A DNA stretch of 64,000 nucleotides from a virus. Below, piece after piece: positions 38,238 through 46,618 of the stretch (position 1 is its first letter; every line of letters starts with the position of its first letter). The DNA is taken from the IMG/VR virus record IMGVR_UViG_3300044611_001420. One strand, given 5' to 3'. The position numbers and the translations under genes were made by a program. The notes below the pieces were generated by a model. It made no database searches and was not told where the DNA came from. It saw only the letters and a list, made by a program, of their open reading frames with translations.

Positions 38238-38486
38238 ATGAATTTTACAATTTATTCAAAACAAGGTTGCCCTTATTGCGATAAGGTAAAGACAATTTTA
38301 AATCTTCTGAGTGAATCAAAGGGATATAAAATCACTTCATATGAACTCAATACTGATTTTAATAGAGAGCAATTCTATTCCGAATTTGGGGAAGGTTCAA
38401 CATTTCCTCAGGTAATTTTAAATGATTTGCATCTTGGTGGATGTACTGATACGATCTCGTATTTGAAAGAAAATAATATGCTCTGA
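38238..38486 (+). CDS. nrdC: Glutaredoxin
   Basis: CPYC, TFPQV, LGGCTD. Confidence 0.93.
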   Translation: MNFTIYSKQGCPYCDKVKTILNLLSESKGYKITSYELNTDFNREQFYSEFGEGSTFPQVILNDLHLGGCTDTISYLKENNML

Positions 38487-38488
38487 TC

Positions 38489-38674
38489 GTGTCTATAAAT
38501 AATTTTGGAAATTATGGCATTAATCGTGGTTTTGAGTTAATGCTTAGAAAAAAAGGAGGAGAGAAAAAGGAAACAAAATTGACATTAAGAACTTTCAATT
38601 TTGAAAAAGTATTTTCTTTCCTTAAAAGAGAGATATATTTCAAAATTGAATTAGATATAATGAAAAAAAAGTAG
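38489..38674 (+). CDS. Hypothetical protein
   Basis: ORF track. Confidence 0.45.
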   Translation: MSINNFGNYGINRGFELMLRKKGGEKKETKLTLRTFNFEKVFSFLKREIYFKIELDIMKKK

Positions 38675-38691
38675 TCTCTCGGAGAAGATCA

Positions 38692-38928
38692 ATGACAGCA
38701 ACGTATTTAGTATTTGGTTCTTTTTTATTTGTTTTGTTTTTTATGGTGGGACTTTTTATCGGATGGAGTGCCAGAGAATATATGATGAACTATCAAGAAG
38801 GACCAAAACAAATTGCTTATCATCCAGAGTTTTACAATAAAAATGGTGAGTTAATTGATCAAGAAATTGTTTCAGTAAGATTTGATCCTGATTATTTTAT
38901 TGATGAAGATGATAGTGATAATGATTGA
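38692..38928 (+). CDS. Small membrane protein
   Basis: N-terminal TM; HPEF motif. Confidence 0.65.
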   Translation: MTATYLVFGSFLFVLFFMVGLFIGWSAREYMMNYQEGPKQIAYHPEFYNKNGELIDQEIVSVRFDPDYFIDEDDSDND

Positions 38929-38965
38929 TAAATAAATTTAATTAATTTAATTCTGCATTAATTTT

Positions 38966-39556
38966 ATGACAATGACAGTAAAAGAAAAAACAACGACTAA
39001 AAGAACCACTTCAAAAGCAAAAGAAGTTGTAAATGAAAATATAGATCTTCCTGCAAATCCTTTTGCTTTTGAAGTTTTAAATCTTGCTAGTTCACAAAGA
39101 ACTAATGTAAAAAAAGTCGAAGTGCTTAAAAAATATGAGCACGATTCATTAAAAGCAATTTTTATATGGAATTTTGATGAATCGGTAATATCCGTTTTAC
39201 CAGAAGGTGATGTTCCCTTTTTTGGGGATAATACGATGAAGACGACAACAATGTCTGAAAGAATTGAAGAAGCAGTTAAACAATTGAGTGATTCTTCAAT
39301 CGGAGCAATTGACCAAAAGTATTCTACAATACGTAAGGAATATGATAAATTTTATAACTTTGTAAAGGGTGGTAATGATTCTTTAAATGGTATTCGTAGA
39401 GAAAATATTTTTGTAAATCTGTTGGAAGGTTTACATCCATTAGAAGCAGAGATTCTTTGTTTGTGTAAAGATAAAAAATTACAAACAAGATATAAAATTA
39501 CTAAAGAAATAGTTTCTGAAGCATACCCAGATATTACTTGGGGAAATAGAAGTTAA
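38966..39556 (+). CDS. Conserved T4-like cyanophage hypothetical protein
   Basis: WNFDES..S.LP.G.VP; RRE..F..LLEGLHP.EAE. Confidence 0.75.
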   Translation: MTMTVKEKTTTKRTTSKAKEVVNENIDLPANPFAFEVLNLASSQRTNVKKVEVLKKYEHDSLKAIFIWNFDESVISVLPEGDVPFFGDNTMKTTTMSERIEEAVKQLSDSSIGAIDQKYSTIRKEYDKFYNFVKGGNDSLNGIRRENIFVNLLEGLHPLEAEILCLCKDKKLQTRYKITKEIVSEAYPDITWGNRS

Positions 39557-39558
39557 TT

Positions 39559-39816
39559 ATGCTAATAATACATAAAAATTGTGATCCTTCTGTATCAAAT
39601 AATAAAAGTTTACCCAGGAACTCTTATTTAATTACATATCTTGAAGATGATCAAACAAAATATGATATTGTTCAAGCAGGTTCGTTTGTAGAAGTATTTG
39701 ATAATTACTACGACCAATATGGTAAAGGCAATATCTTAAAGATTAAATGGACAGAAGGAACTGTAAATCCAAAATCATATAACTATCAAGTTAAAGATAA
39801 AAAAACAAAAAAATAA
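39559..39816 (+). CDS. Hypothetical protein
   Basis: ORF track. Confidence 0.65.
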   Translation: MLIIHKNCDPSVSNNKSLPRNSYLITYLEDDQTKYDIVQAGSFVEVFDNYYDQYGKGNILKIKWTEGTVNPKSYNYQVKDKKTKK

Positions 39817-39820
39817 GATA

Positions 39821-39858
39821 AAGGGGGGATTGTCTTCTCCCTTTTTTTGTGTTAACAT
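39821..39858 (+). promoter_or_regulatory. Terminator hairpin with embedded sigma70-like promoter
   Basis: AAGGGGGGA-TTG-TCTTCTCCCTT plus T-run; TTGTCT(39830)-17 bp-TAACAT(39853). Confidence 0.5.
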
Positions 39859-39879
39859 AAAGTGAGAAGAAAACATTCT

Positions 39880-40204
39880 ATGGATAAAGAAAAACTAAAA
39901 CTTATTGTCCGTAATTTGGAACTTTTAGTTGATTCTCTAAAGGCAGAAATTTATTCTGATGTTTCTGCTTACACTCCTATGAAACCGATGGGAAAAAGAC
40001 CAATTTTAGATTACGACGAAATCTTTGAGGATGATAATGACTAATAGAGCACGAGAACTAGTAAAGTTGCTTGAAAGATTGACAAAACAAGAACACCTAT
40101 ATTCTTCTGAGCAACTGATTGATATGAAAAAACAACTGCGAGTAGTAAAACAAGAACTTGCAGAACTTGAAGCAAAAACAACAAAAGGATTTGGAAAGAA
40201 ATGA
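39880..40204 (+). CDS. Two small hypothetical proteins (39880-40044; 40037-40204)
   Basis: MDKEKLKLIVRNLELLVDSLK...; MTNRARELVK...TKGFGKK (by hand), coupled to thyX. Confidence 0.65.
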
Positions 40205-40953
40205 AACCTATTAAAGCAAAAGACCTTCTTGAACTGGATAAAAGACTTGAAGTTGTAAAACTTCAGGGTTATCCAATCCCAGAACAAGTTATTTGGCAAG
40301 CAGGAAAGGGCGATTATTCTGAAGTTCCGATTCATAACGTTCCAGTTCCTAACCATCACGAATGTGGTCAGTGGATTGTTGAACAATTGCTTGCTAATGA
40401 GAGAGGGCATTGGGGTCCAATTGAGCACCCTGGCATTACTTTTTCTTGTGCTGGATTTGTTCATAATGTTATCGTTCAGGCAAGAACTCATCGTATCGGA
40501 ACTAGTTGGGATGTTCAATCTCAGCGTTATACTGGAAAGCGTGTAGTTAAGGTTGCTAAAAAGGAACTTGATGTTGAAGAGGTCTTCTATGTGCGCCCTG
40601 TGGGATTCTACACCAATCGTAAGGGTAAGAAGTATGAATGGACCGAAGAGCACCGACAACGCAAGTTAGATCGCATTTTGAGTGAGTGTGAGGAGTATGT
40701 TGATTACTATGAGCAGGGTATGTGTGAAGAGCATATTCGGGATTATCTTCCTCAGGCAATTCGTCAGAACTTTGTGGTTTCTTTCAATCTAAGGTCTGTT
40801 CTTCACTTTATGGATCTTCGTTCAAAACTTGATGCTCAACTTGAAATTCAAGCACTTTGTGATGCAATTGCTCCCGAACTGAAACTATGGGCACCAAATG
40901 TTTGGAACTACTATGAAGAGAAGAGACTGCATAGAGCACGTCTGAGTCCCTAA
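40201..40953 (+). CDS. thyX: Flavin-dependent thymidylate synthase
   Basis: H.GPIEH, THR...SWDVQSQRY, R.YLPQ, NLRS..HF.DLR...AQ.EI. Confidence 0.93.
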   Translation: MKPIKAKDLLELDKRLEVVKLQGYPIPEQVIWQAGKGDYSEVPIHNVPVPNHHECGQWIVEQLLANERGHWGPIEHPGITFSCAGFVHNVIVQARTHRIGTSWDVQSQRYTGKRVVKVAKKELDVEEVFYVRPVGFYTNRKGKKYEWTEEHRQRKLDRILSECEEYVDYYEQGMCEEHIRDYLPQAIRQNFVVSFNLRSVLHFMDLRSKLDAQLEIQALCDAIAPELKLWAPNVWNYYEEKRLHRARLSP

Positions 40954-40980
40954 ATATTTTTGTGTTGATTTTGTAATTTT

Positions 40981-41532
40981 ATGGAGTATTATACTTACGC
41001 TTATTTACGAGAAGATAAAACTCCATGGTATATTGGTAAAGGTAAAGGTAGAAGAGCATATCAAAAACATGATTTCTTTTCTCCTCCACCAAAAGACAGA
41101 ATACTCATTCTTAAAAATAATCTTACAGAAGATGCTGCATATAAACATGAAATTTATATGATTAATGTTTTTGGTAGAAAAGATTTGGGAACTGGAATTC
41201 TTCGCAATAAATCAAATGGTGGAGATGCTCCTCCTATCTTTACTGGACATACTGAAAAAAGTAAAGAAAAGATACGAAATTCCTGCAAGGGTAGAGTATT
41301 GGGTCCAGGTATGAGTGAAGATGCGAAAAATCGTCTTTCTAAACGAAATAAAGATATGGGAATAAAACCTCCCTTACATGTTAAATCGTTTAAATTGATG
41401 TCTCCAAAGGGGGAAATATATAATGGTGACAATATTAATGAATTTTGTGAACTACACAATTTAAAACCCTCTTGCATATATGATTTGCGTAGAGGAAGAC
41501 AACAACAACATAAAGGATGGAGATTGGTTTAA
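40981..41532 (+). mobile_element. Free-standing homing endonuclease (same GIY-YIG-variant family as 24807..25442)
   Basis: YTYAYLREDKTPWYIGKG, FGRKD.G.GILRN.S.GG, HTEKSKEKIR, C-terminal HKGW. Confidence 0.8.
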
Positions 41533-41774
41533 TGGCAATATATCCAGTTTATAATCCGGAAACGGGTGAAAAAAAAGTTATTGAAATGAGTGTCCATGAT
41601 ATTATGGATTGGTATGAAAATAATAAACCTTGGTCCCGTGATTGGTCACAAGGATGTGCCACACCAGGAGAGATTGGTGATATGCTAAGTAAGCACGTCA
41701 GCAGAAATCCTGGATGGAATGAGGTACTTTCTAAAGTTTCAAAGGTTCCTGGGGCAAACGTAAAACCGATTTAA
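41532..41774 (+). CDS. Conserved hypothetical protein (FmdB-like) upstream of phoH
   Basis: MAIYPVYNPETGE...GWNEVL.KV...PGA. Confidence 0.65.
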   Translation: MAIYPVYNPETGEKKVIEMSVHDIMDWYENNKPWSRDWSQGCATPGEIGDMLSKHVSRNPGWNEVLSKVSKVPGANVKPI

Positions 41775-41776
41775 CT

Positions 41777-42535
41777 ATGGCAAGAAAAAGAAGAAACAAT
41801 GACAATCAACCAATTGGTGTTGGTTACACATCCAAACAGATGAAGAGGAGAAAACCAATCAGTGCTGATTATCTCATTGATGTTGAACCTTTAACAGAGA
41901 ATCAAAGAAAACTTTTTGAATCATATAAAAACGGAAAACATTTGGTTGCTTATGGTTGTGCTGGTACTGGTAAAACATTTATCAGTCTCTATAATGCACT
42001 TAAAGATGTATTAGATGAGACAACACCATACGAACAAATCTATGTGGTTCGTTCTCTTGTAGCAACTCGTGAGATTGGTTTTCTTCCAGGAGACCACGAT
42101 GATAAGTCTGCTCTTTATCAAATTCCTTATAAGAATATGGTAAAGTATATGTTCCAAATGCCCAGTGATGCTGATTTTGAGATGCTTTATGGTAATCTCA
42201 AATCTCAGGAAACTGTAAAGTTTTGGAGCACATCTTTTATTCGTGGTACAACACTTGATAATTCAATCATTATTGTTGATGAATATCAGAACCTTAATTT
42301 TCACGAATTGGATTCTATCATTACTCGTGTCGGTGAAAATAGCAGAATTATTTTTTGTGGAGATGCCACACAATCTGATTTGGTTAAAACAAATGAAAGA
42401 AACGGCATTAGTGATTTTATGAATATTCTAAGAAAGATGGAATCTTTTGATATTATTGAATTTGGAGTAGATGATATTTGTAGGTCTGGACTTGTTAAGG
42501 AATATATTGTTGCAAAAATGGAAGCAGGTTATTAA
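41777..42535 (+). CDS. phoH: PhoH-like ATPase
   Basis: GCAGTGKT, REIGFLPG, RGTTL, DE.QN, GD..QSDL, RSGLV. Confidence 0.95.
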   Translation: MARKRRNNDNQPIGVGYTSKQMKRRKPISADYLIDVEPLTENQRKLFESYKNGKHLVAYGCAGTGKTFISLYNALKDVLDETTPYEQIYVVRSLVATREIGFLPGDHDDKSALYQIPYKNMVKYMFQMPSDADFEMLYGNLKSQETVKFWSTSFIRGTTLDNSIIIVDEYQNLNFHELDSIITRVGENSRIIFCGDATQSDLVKTNERNGISDFMNILRKMESFDIIEFGVDDICRSGLVKEYIVAKMEAGY

Positions 42536-43272
42536 TGTCTAATCCTTTAATTGAAAAATATAATGAATTATATGGTGAAAAACAAATAAAAAGTAATCTT
42601 TTCACTCATATTGATATTAATCTTCCAAAACTTGAAAGGGAAACCATAGATGGTGTTCGTTATTACACAATACCAGAAGAAGATAAACCAATTAAACTTG
42701 TTTCAATTACCTCTGTAACCAGTCATAAGAACCGTCAGTTCTTTGCTGATTGGAGAAAAAAAGTTGGGGAAAAGCAAGCAGATAAAATTACTAAACAAGC
42801 AACCAGTCGTGGAACTGATATGCATACACTGGTGGAAAATTATCTTTACAATAAAGACCTTCCACCAGTCCAACCTTTATCTGATTTTCTCTTCAAAATT
42901 GCAAAACCAGAATTAAATTGTATAAATAATATTCATGCTCTTGAAGGTTCTCTTTACAGTAAAGTTCTTGGTATTGCAGGAACTGTAGATTGTATCGGAG
43001 AGTATAATGGTGAGTTAGCAATAATCGACTTTAAAACTTCTAAAAAACCAAAACCAAGAGAGTGGATTGAACACTATTTTGTTCAGTGTATGGCATATGG
43101 TTGTATGTTATACGAGATTACTGGTATAATGGTAAAGAAATTAGTCATCATTATGGCTTGTGAAAATGGAGAATGCATTGTTTATGAAGAATATGACAAA
43201 CAAAAATACATTAAATTACTCACCGAATATATTAGAGAATTTGTTAGAGATAAACTTCACCAATATGAATGA
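42535..43272 (+). CDS. PD-(D/E)XK exonuclease (Cas4-like)
   Basis: SITSV, RGT.MH, AGTVDC, IIDFKTS, Q..AY. Confidence 0.85.
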   Translation: MSNPLIEKYNELYGEKQIKSNLFTHIDINLPKLERETIDGVRYYTIPEEDKPIKLVSITSVTSHKNRQFFADWRKKVGEKQADKITKQATSRGTDMHTLVENYLYNKDLPPVQPLSDFLFKIAKPELNCINNIHALEGSLYSKVLGIAGTVDCIGEYNGELAIIDFKTSKKPKPREWIEHYFVQCMAYGCMLYEITGIMVKKLVIIMACENGECIVYEEYDKQKYIKLLTEYIREFVRDKLHQYE

Positions 43273-43519
43273 TAAAGTAAAGGACGAATTAAATAGTAAG
43301 TTTTTATGTCCTCAAAGGTTTGCACAGGATATAGAAAATATTGTAAAAAATTCTAAAATTAATTATATTGATGCAATCGTTACTTATTGTGAAGAGAATA
43401 GCATTGAAATTGAAACGGTTTCTAAACTAATTTCAAAACCATTAAAGGAAAAAATTAAAAATGATGCTATTGAATTGAATTTTTTGAAAAAAACTACTCG
43501 TGCTAAATTGCCGTTGTGA
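43265..43519 (+). CDS. 33: Late-promoter co-activator gp33
   Basis: YIDAIV.YCEEN.IE.E...KLISKPLKEK....A..LNFL; synteny 33-59-32. Confidence 0.9.
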   Translation: MNDKVKDELNSKFLCPQRFAQDIENIVKNSKINYIDAIVTYCEENSIEIETVSKLISKPLKEKIKNDAIELNFLKKTTRAKLPL

Positions 43520-44106
43520 CTCCATTTGATGTATATAAAACCTATCTTGCAATAAAAAATCATTTTAATAAACCATCATACGATTACTTTAAGTATTGTG
43601 GAAAGTCCAGAGCATCTCTGGACTCTTTTCATAAGAGGAAAGATAGATTTTTCTTTGAACGAACTTCTAGACAGAAGAGTGATGATGAAATCAAAGCATA
43701 TTTTGTTGCAAATTTTGTTGAATGTAATGACCCACAATCACTTTGGATTGGTGAAATTATTCGTAGTGGGGAAGAAACATATACTAATTGGTTGAAAAAA
43801 TCTCAGAGTCTTTTTTATTTGTTTAAAACTGAATGTGAAATTTTTATCCAAAAGGATAATTTTGAAAAATTGTTTGAGATAAAAAACAATCAACATCCAG
43901 AAATTCTTAAAAAGTATTTTCAAAAAGCAGTCAGTTTAGAAACAATGGTGATATTGGATATGATATTGGGTTATGTTAAAAAATTTGATAAAAAAATAAC
44001 AGACCCAGTATGGGAAACCGTTAGGTTAAGAATTATAAAATACAAACCATTTCTAAATATTGATGTAGCAAAGTACAAGAAAGTTCTTCAGGAGATTGTG
44101 TTATGA
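43516..44106 (+). CDS. 59: Helicase loader gp59
   Basis: Y..YLAIKNHF...YDYFKY.GK, RKDRFFF, SLET. Confidence 0.9.
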   Translation: MTPFDVYKTYLAIKNHFNKPSYDYFKYCGKSRASLDSFHKRKDRFFFERTSRQKSDDEIKAYFVANFVECNDPQSLWIGEIIRSGEETYTNWLKKSQSLFYLFKTECEIFIQKDNFEKLFEIKNNQHPEILKKYFQKAVSLETMVILDMILGYVKKFDKKITDPVWETVRLRIIKYKPFLNIDVAKYKKVLQEIVL

Positions 44107-44435
44107 GTAGATTTTTTGATTCGGAACAAGTCAGAGAATCTTTACTTGAATTGGAAGAACTTCAGCAGAGTATTTTTGATGAATTGTTTTCTCTTCCTTT
44201 CTTTGACTCAAAACAAAAAAAGGAACATCTTGATAAGATGAAACTTTTTTTAGAAAAACAAAAAAATTTTGTTTTTAGATTATCATTGTCTGATGACCCA
44301 GAAGCAATTGAAATGAAAAATAGAATTCTGGATTCTGCCAAAATTTTTGGATTGAAACCAGGAGATAATTTGAATGCTTTCTTTGAAAAACTGGAAGAGT
44401 CAATCCAAAACCTTGAAGAAACACTTGACAAATAA
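44103..44435 (+). CDS. DUF1825-like protein
   Basis: FFDSE.V, EKQK....RLSLSDDPEA. Confidence 0.75.
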   Translation: MSRFFDSEQVRESLLELEELQQSIFDELFSLPFFDSKQKKEHLDKMKLFLEKQKNFVFRLSLSDDPEAIEMKNRILDSAKIFGLKPGDNLNAFFEKLEESIQNLEETLDK

Positions 44436-44453
44436 CTTCATTACTGCTACAAT
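44425..44453 (+). promoter_or_regulatory. Early promoter for gene 32
   Basis: TTGACA-17 bp-TACAAT. Confidence 0.7.
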
Positions 44454-44498
44454 TAATATGTACAATACGTCTCAATACAACTAATATGGAGAATACAA

Positions 44499-45398
44499 AT
44501 GTCATTTGCTGATTTGAAGAAGCAATCAAAGCTGGGTTCTTTGACCGAAAAACTCATCAAACAAGTTGAGAAACTTAACGACAGTGGTTCCAAAGATGAT
44601 GATCGTTTTTGGAAACCTGTAATGGATAAGGGTGGTACTGGTTCCGCAATCATTCGATTTCTTCCTGCACCAGAGGGTTGTGATCTGCCTTGGGTTCAAG
44701 TTTGGTCTCACGCATTTCAATCAAATGGAAAATGGATGATTGATAATTGCCTCACTACTTTGGGACAAAACTGTCCTGTATGTGAAGCAAACCGTGAACT
44801 TTGGAATACTGGCAGTAAGGACAATCAAAATATTGTTCGTGATCGTAAGCGTAAACTTTCTTATTTTGCAAACATTTATGTTGTAAAAGACCCTGCAAAT
44901 CCATCAAACGAAGGAAAAGTTTTTCTTTATAAGTTTGGTAAGAAAATCTTTGATAAGATTATGGCTTCTATGCAACCAGAGTTTGATGATGAAGAACCAA
45001 TCAATCCTTTTGATTTCTGGAAGGGTGCTAACTTCAAACTGAAGTTGGTAAAGAAAGATGGTTATTGGAACTACGATAAGTCCGAGTTCGCACCATCTTC
45101 TGTTCTTCTTGAAGACGATGATGAACTGGAAACAATCTATAAGACACTCAACAACTTGAATGACTTTGTTGCTCCAGGTGAGTTCAAGTCTTATGAAGAT
45201 TTGAAGAAACGTCTTGATTATACACTTGGTCTCAAAGGAACTCCTAAGTATCAAGACCCCGAGACGATTGATGAGGAGGAAGAAGTTGAAGTTTCACGTC
45301 CTGCGAAAGAAACTACTTCAGTTCGTTCTTCTGTTTCTAATGATGATGAAGATGAAGATGACGCACTTTCATACTTTCAAAAGTTGGCATCAGACTGA
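44499..45398 (+). CDS. 32: ssDNA-binding protein gp32
   Basis: DDRFWK, IRFLP, CLTT...CPVC, GKKIFDKI, acidic tail ending YFQKLA. Confidence 0.97.
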   Translation: MSFADLKKQSKLGSLTEKLIKQVEKLNDSGSKDDDRFWKPVMDKGGTGSAIIRFLPAPEGCDLPWVQVWSHAFQSNGKWMIDNCLTTLGQNCPVCEANRELWNTGSKDNQNIVRDRKRKLSYFANIYVVKDPANPSNEGKVFLYKFGKKIFDKIMASMQPEFDDEEPINPFDFWKGANFKLKLVKKDGYWNYDKSEFAPSSVLLEDDDELETIYKTLNNLNDFVAPGEFKSYEDLKKRLDYTLGLKGTPKYQDPETIDEEEEVEVSRPAKETTSVRSSVSNDDEDEDDALSYFQKLASD

Positions 45399-45425
45399 TT
45401 TCAAAATCAACTTTTAAATCCATTT

Positions 45426-45456
45426 TACCCCCGAAAAAAATCGGGGGTATTTTTTT
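45426..45456. terminator. Terminator between convergent genes 32 and 53
   Basis: TACCCCCGA...TCGGGGGTA plus T-run. Confidence 0.8.
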
Positions 45457-45467
45457 GTCTGTAGGGT

Positions 45468-45761
45468 TCATACCCCAGTTGTTTTTGGATTATAACCACG
45501 TTTAGTTGTTTGATTAATGTATTGAGAAGACTCATCATATTTCATAATGTTCTTCATATCACTTATGAATACTGAAAGAAATTCTGGTTTTAGAATTAAA
45601 ATAAGTCTTTTTTTTTCGTTTTGGTCAACCTCATATTCATAATTTGAAACTGCTTTAAAACTATTTTTTGTTGATACTACGTTTCCTGCTGGTGCAGTGA
45701 TTTTGGTATCTTGTTTTTCTGTAGATATTTTTATTTTTACGCCAGGTAATGGAGTTGCCAT
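45468..45761 (-). CDS. C-terminal part of baseplate wedge gp53, as a separate ORF
   Basis: VSNYEYE...NEKKR.I.ILKPEFL..F..DM..IM.Y..SSQY is the usual cyanophage gp53 C-terminus. Confidence 0.7.
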   Translation of the reverse strand: MATPLPGVKIKISTEKQDTKITAPAGNVVSTKNSFKAVSNYEYEVDQNEKKRLILILKPEFLSVFISDMKNIMKYDESSQYINQTTKRGYNPKTTGV

Positions 45762-45774
45762 TTTTTATTTTTAT

Positions 45775-46617
45775 TTAGGATTGAGGTAGGAATTTAAATA
45801 CTGGAACAACCTTTCCGTCTTGAATTTCTCCGACAATTTCATACAGTGTTGGGTCTAATGCAACATCATTATCAAAGACAACATCACCGACTTGTATAGT
45901 TGTAGATATACTGTTTCTTCCAACTACTGAAAAACTTCCACCCCAACTATTAGGCCAATTTGATAAAGTGTTTATAATTGAAATTGGTGTGTTTGTATCT
46001 CGTGCTTTTACTTGTAGGAAGGATTTATTAGTTTCAATATCTTTTACAATGGCATCAGTATTTTCGTTAGATATATAATTTCCAAAAACACGAACAAATT
46101 GATTTAAATTAATTGTGATTACATTGTCGGCATCAGCACTTGGAAACTCAGATAGATTATATTCAGTATCTGTTGTGTTTGTTGTGACTGATATTGTTTT
46201 TTGTGGATCAACTTGCAAACCACCAGGAAGAATCAATCTATCAAAACTATCTCTAACTTCTATCGTTTCGTAGTGATGGACTTGTGCTATTGTTTCGTCA
46301 TCACCATACTTATCCAAAAGATACTTATAAAGACTATTATTATCTAAAGGCCATTGGTCATTTAGATTTGTAACGTTATTTGAGATTAGAATAACCCAAT
46401 CAAGAGATGAATCATTATAAACTTTTTGTGCTACTTGGTCTGGTCTCTCATTATCTATTATTTGGTAATATTCAAAGGCAGAAACTGCATTTGCAATATC
46501 ATCTCTAAGTTTTGCTCTTTTAAATAGATTTTTTGTTACAGTATAATCATCATTAAAACTTTGATTTGGAAAATTTGAGACGTACTCAAAGTTGGGAAGT
46601 TCTCTGAAGTATGACAT
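45775..46617 (-). CDS. 53: Baseplate wedge gp53, N-terminal part plus extra domain
   Basis: YFRELPN, NLFKRAKLR, ERPDQVA..VY....LDWVIL..N, QWP, HHYET. Confidence 0.88.
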   Translation of the reverse strand: MSYFRELPNFEYVSNFPNQSFNDDYTVTKNLFKRAKLRDDIANAVSAFEYYQIIDNERPDQVAQKVYNDSSLDWVILISNNVTNLNDQWPLDNNSLYKYLLDKYGDDETIAQVHHYETIEVRDSFDRLILPGGLQVDPQKTISVTTNTTDTEYNLSEFPSADADNVITINLNQFVRVFGNYISNENTDAIVKDIETNKSFLQVKARDTNTPISIINTLSNWPNSWGGSFSVVGRNSISTTIQVGDVVFDNDVALDPTLYEIVGEIQDGKVVPVFKFLPQS

Positions 46618-46618
46618 A

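Noticed and set aside
42535-43272. Cas4-like gene as part of a CRISPR system
   Set aside because: No repeat-spacer array or other cas genes; a standard exonuclease next to phoH in T4-like phages
45640-46200. Split intein or group I intron in gene 53
   Set aside because: No intein terminal motifs (Cys/Ser start, His-Asn end) and no intron core recognised; the insert reads as ordinary protein
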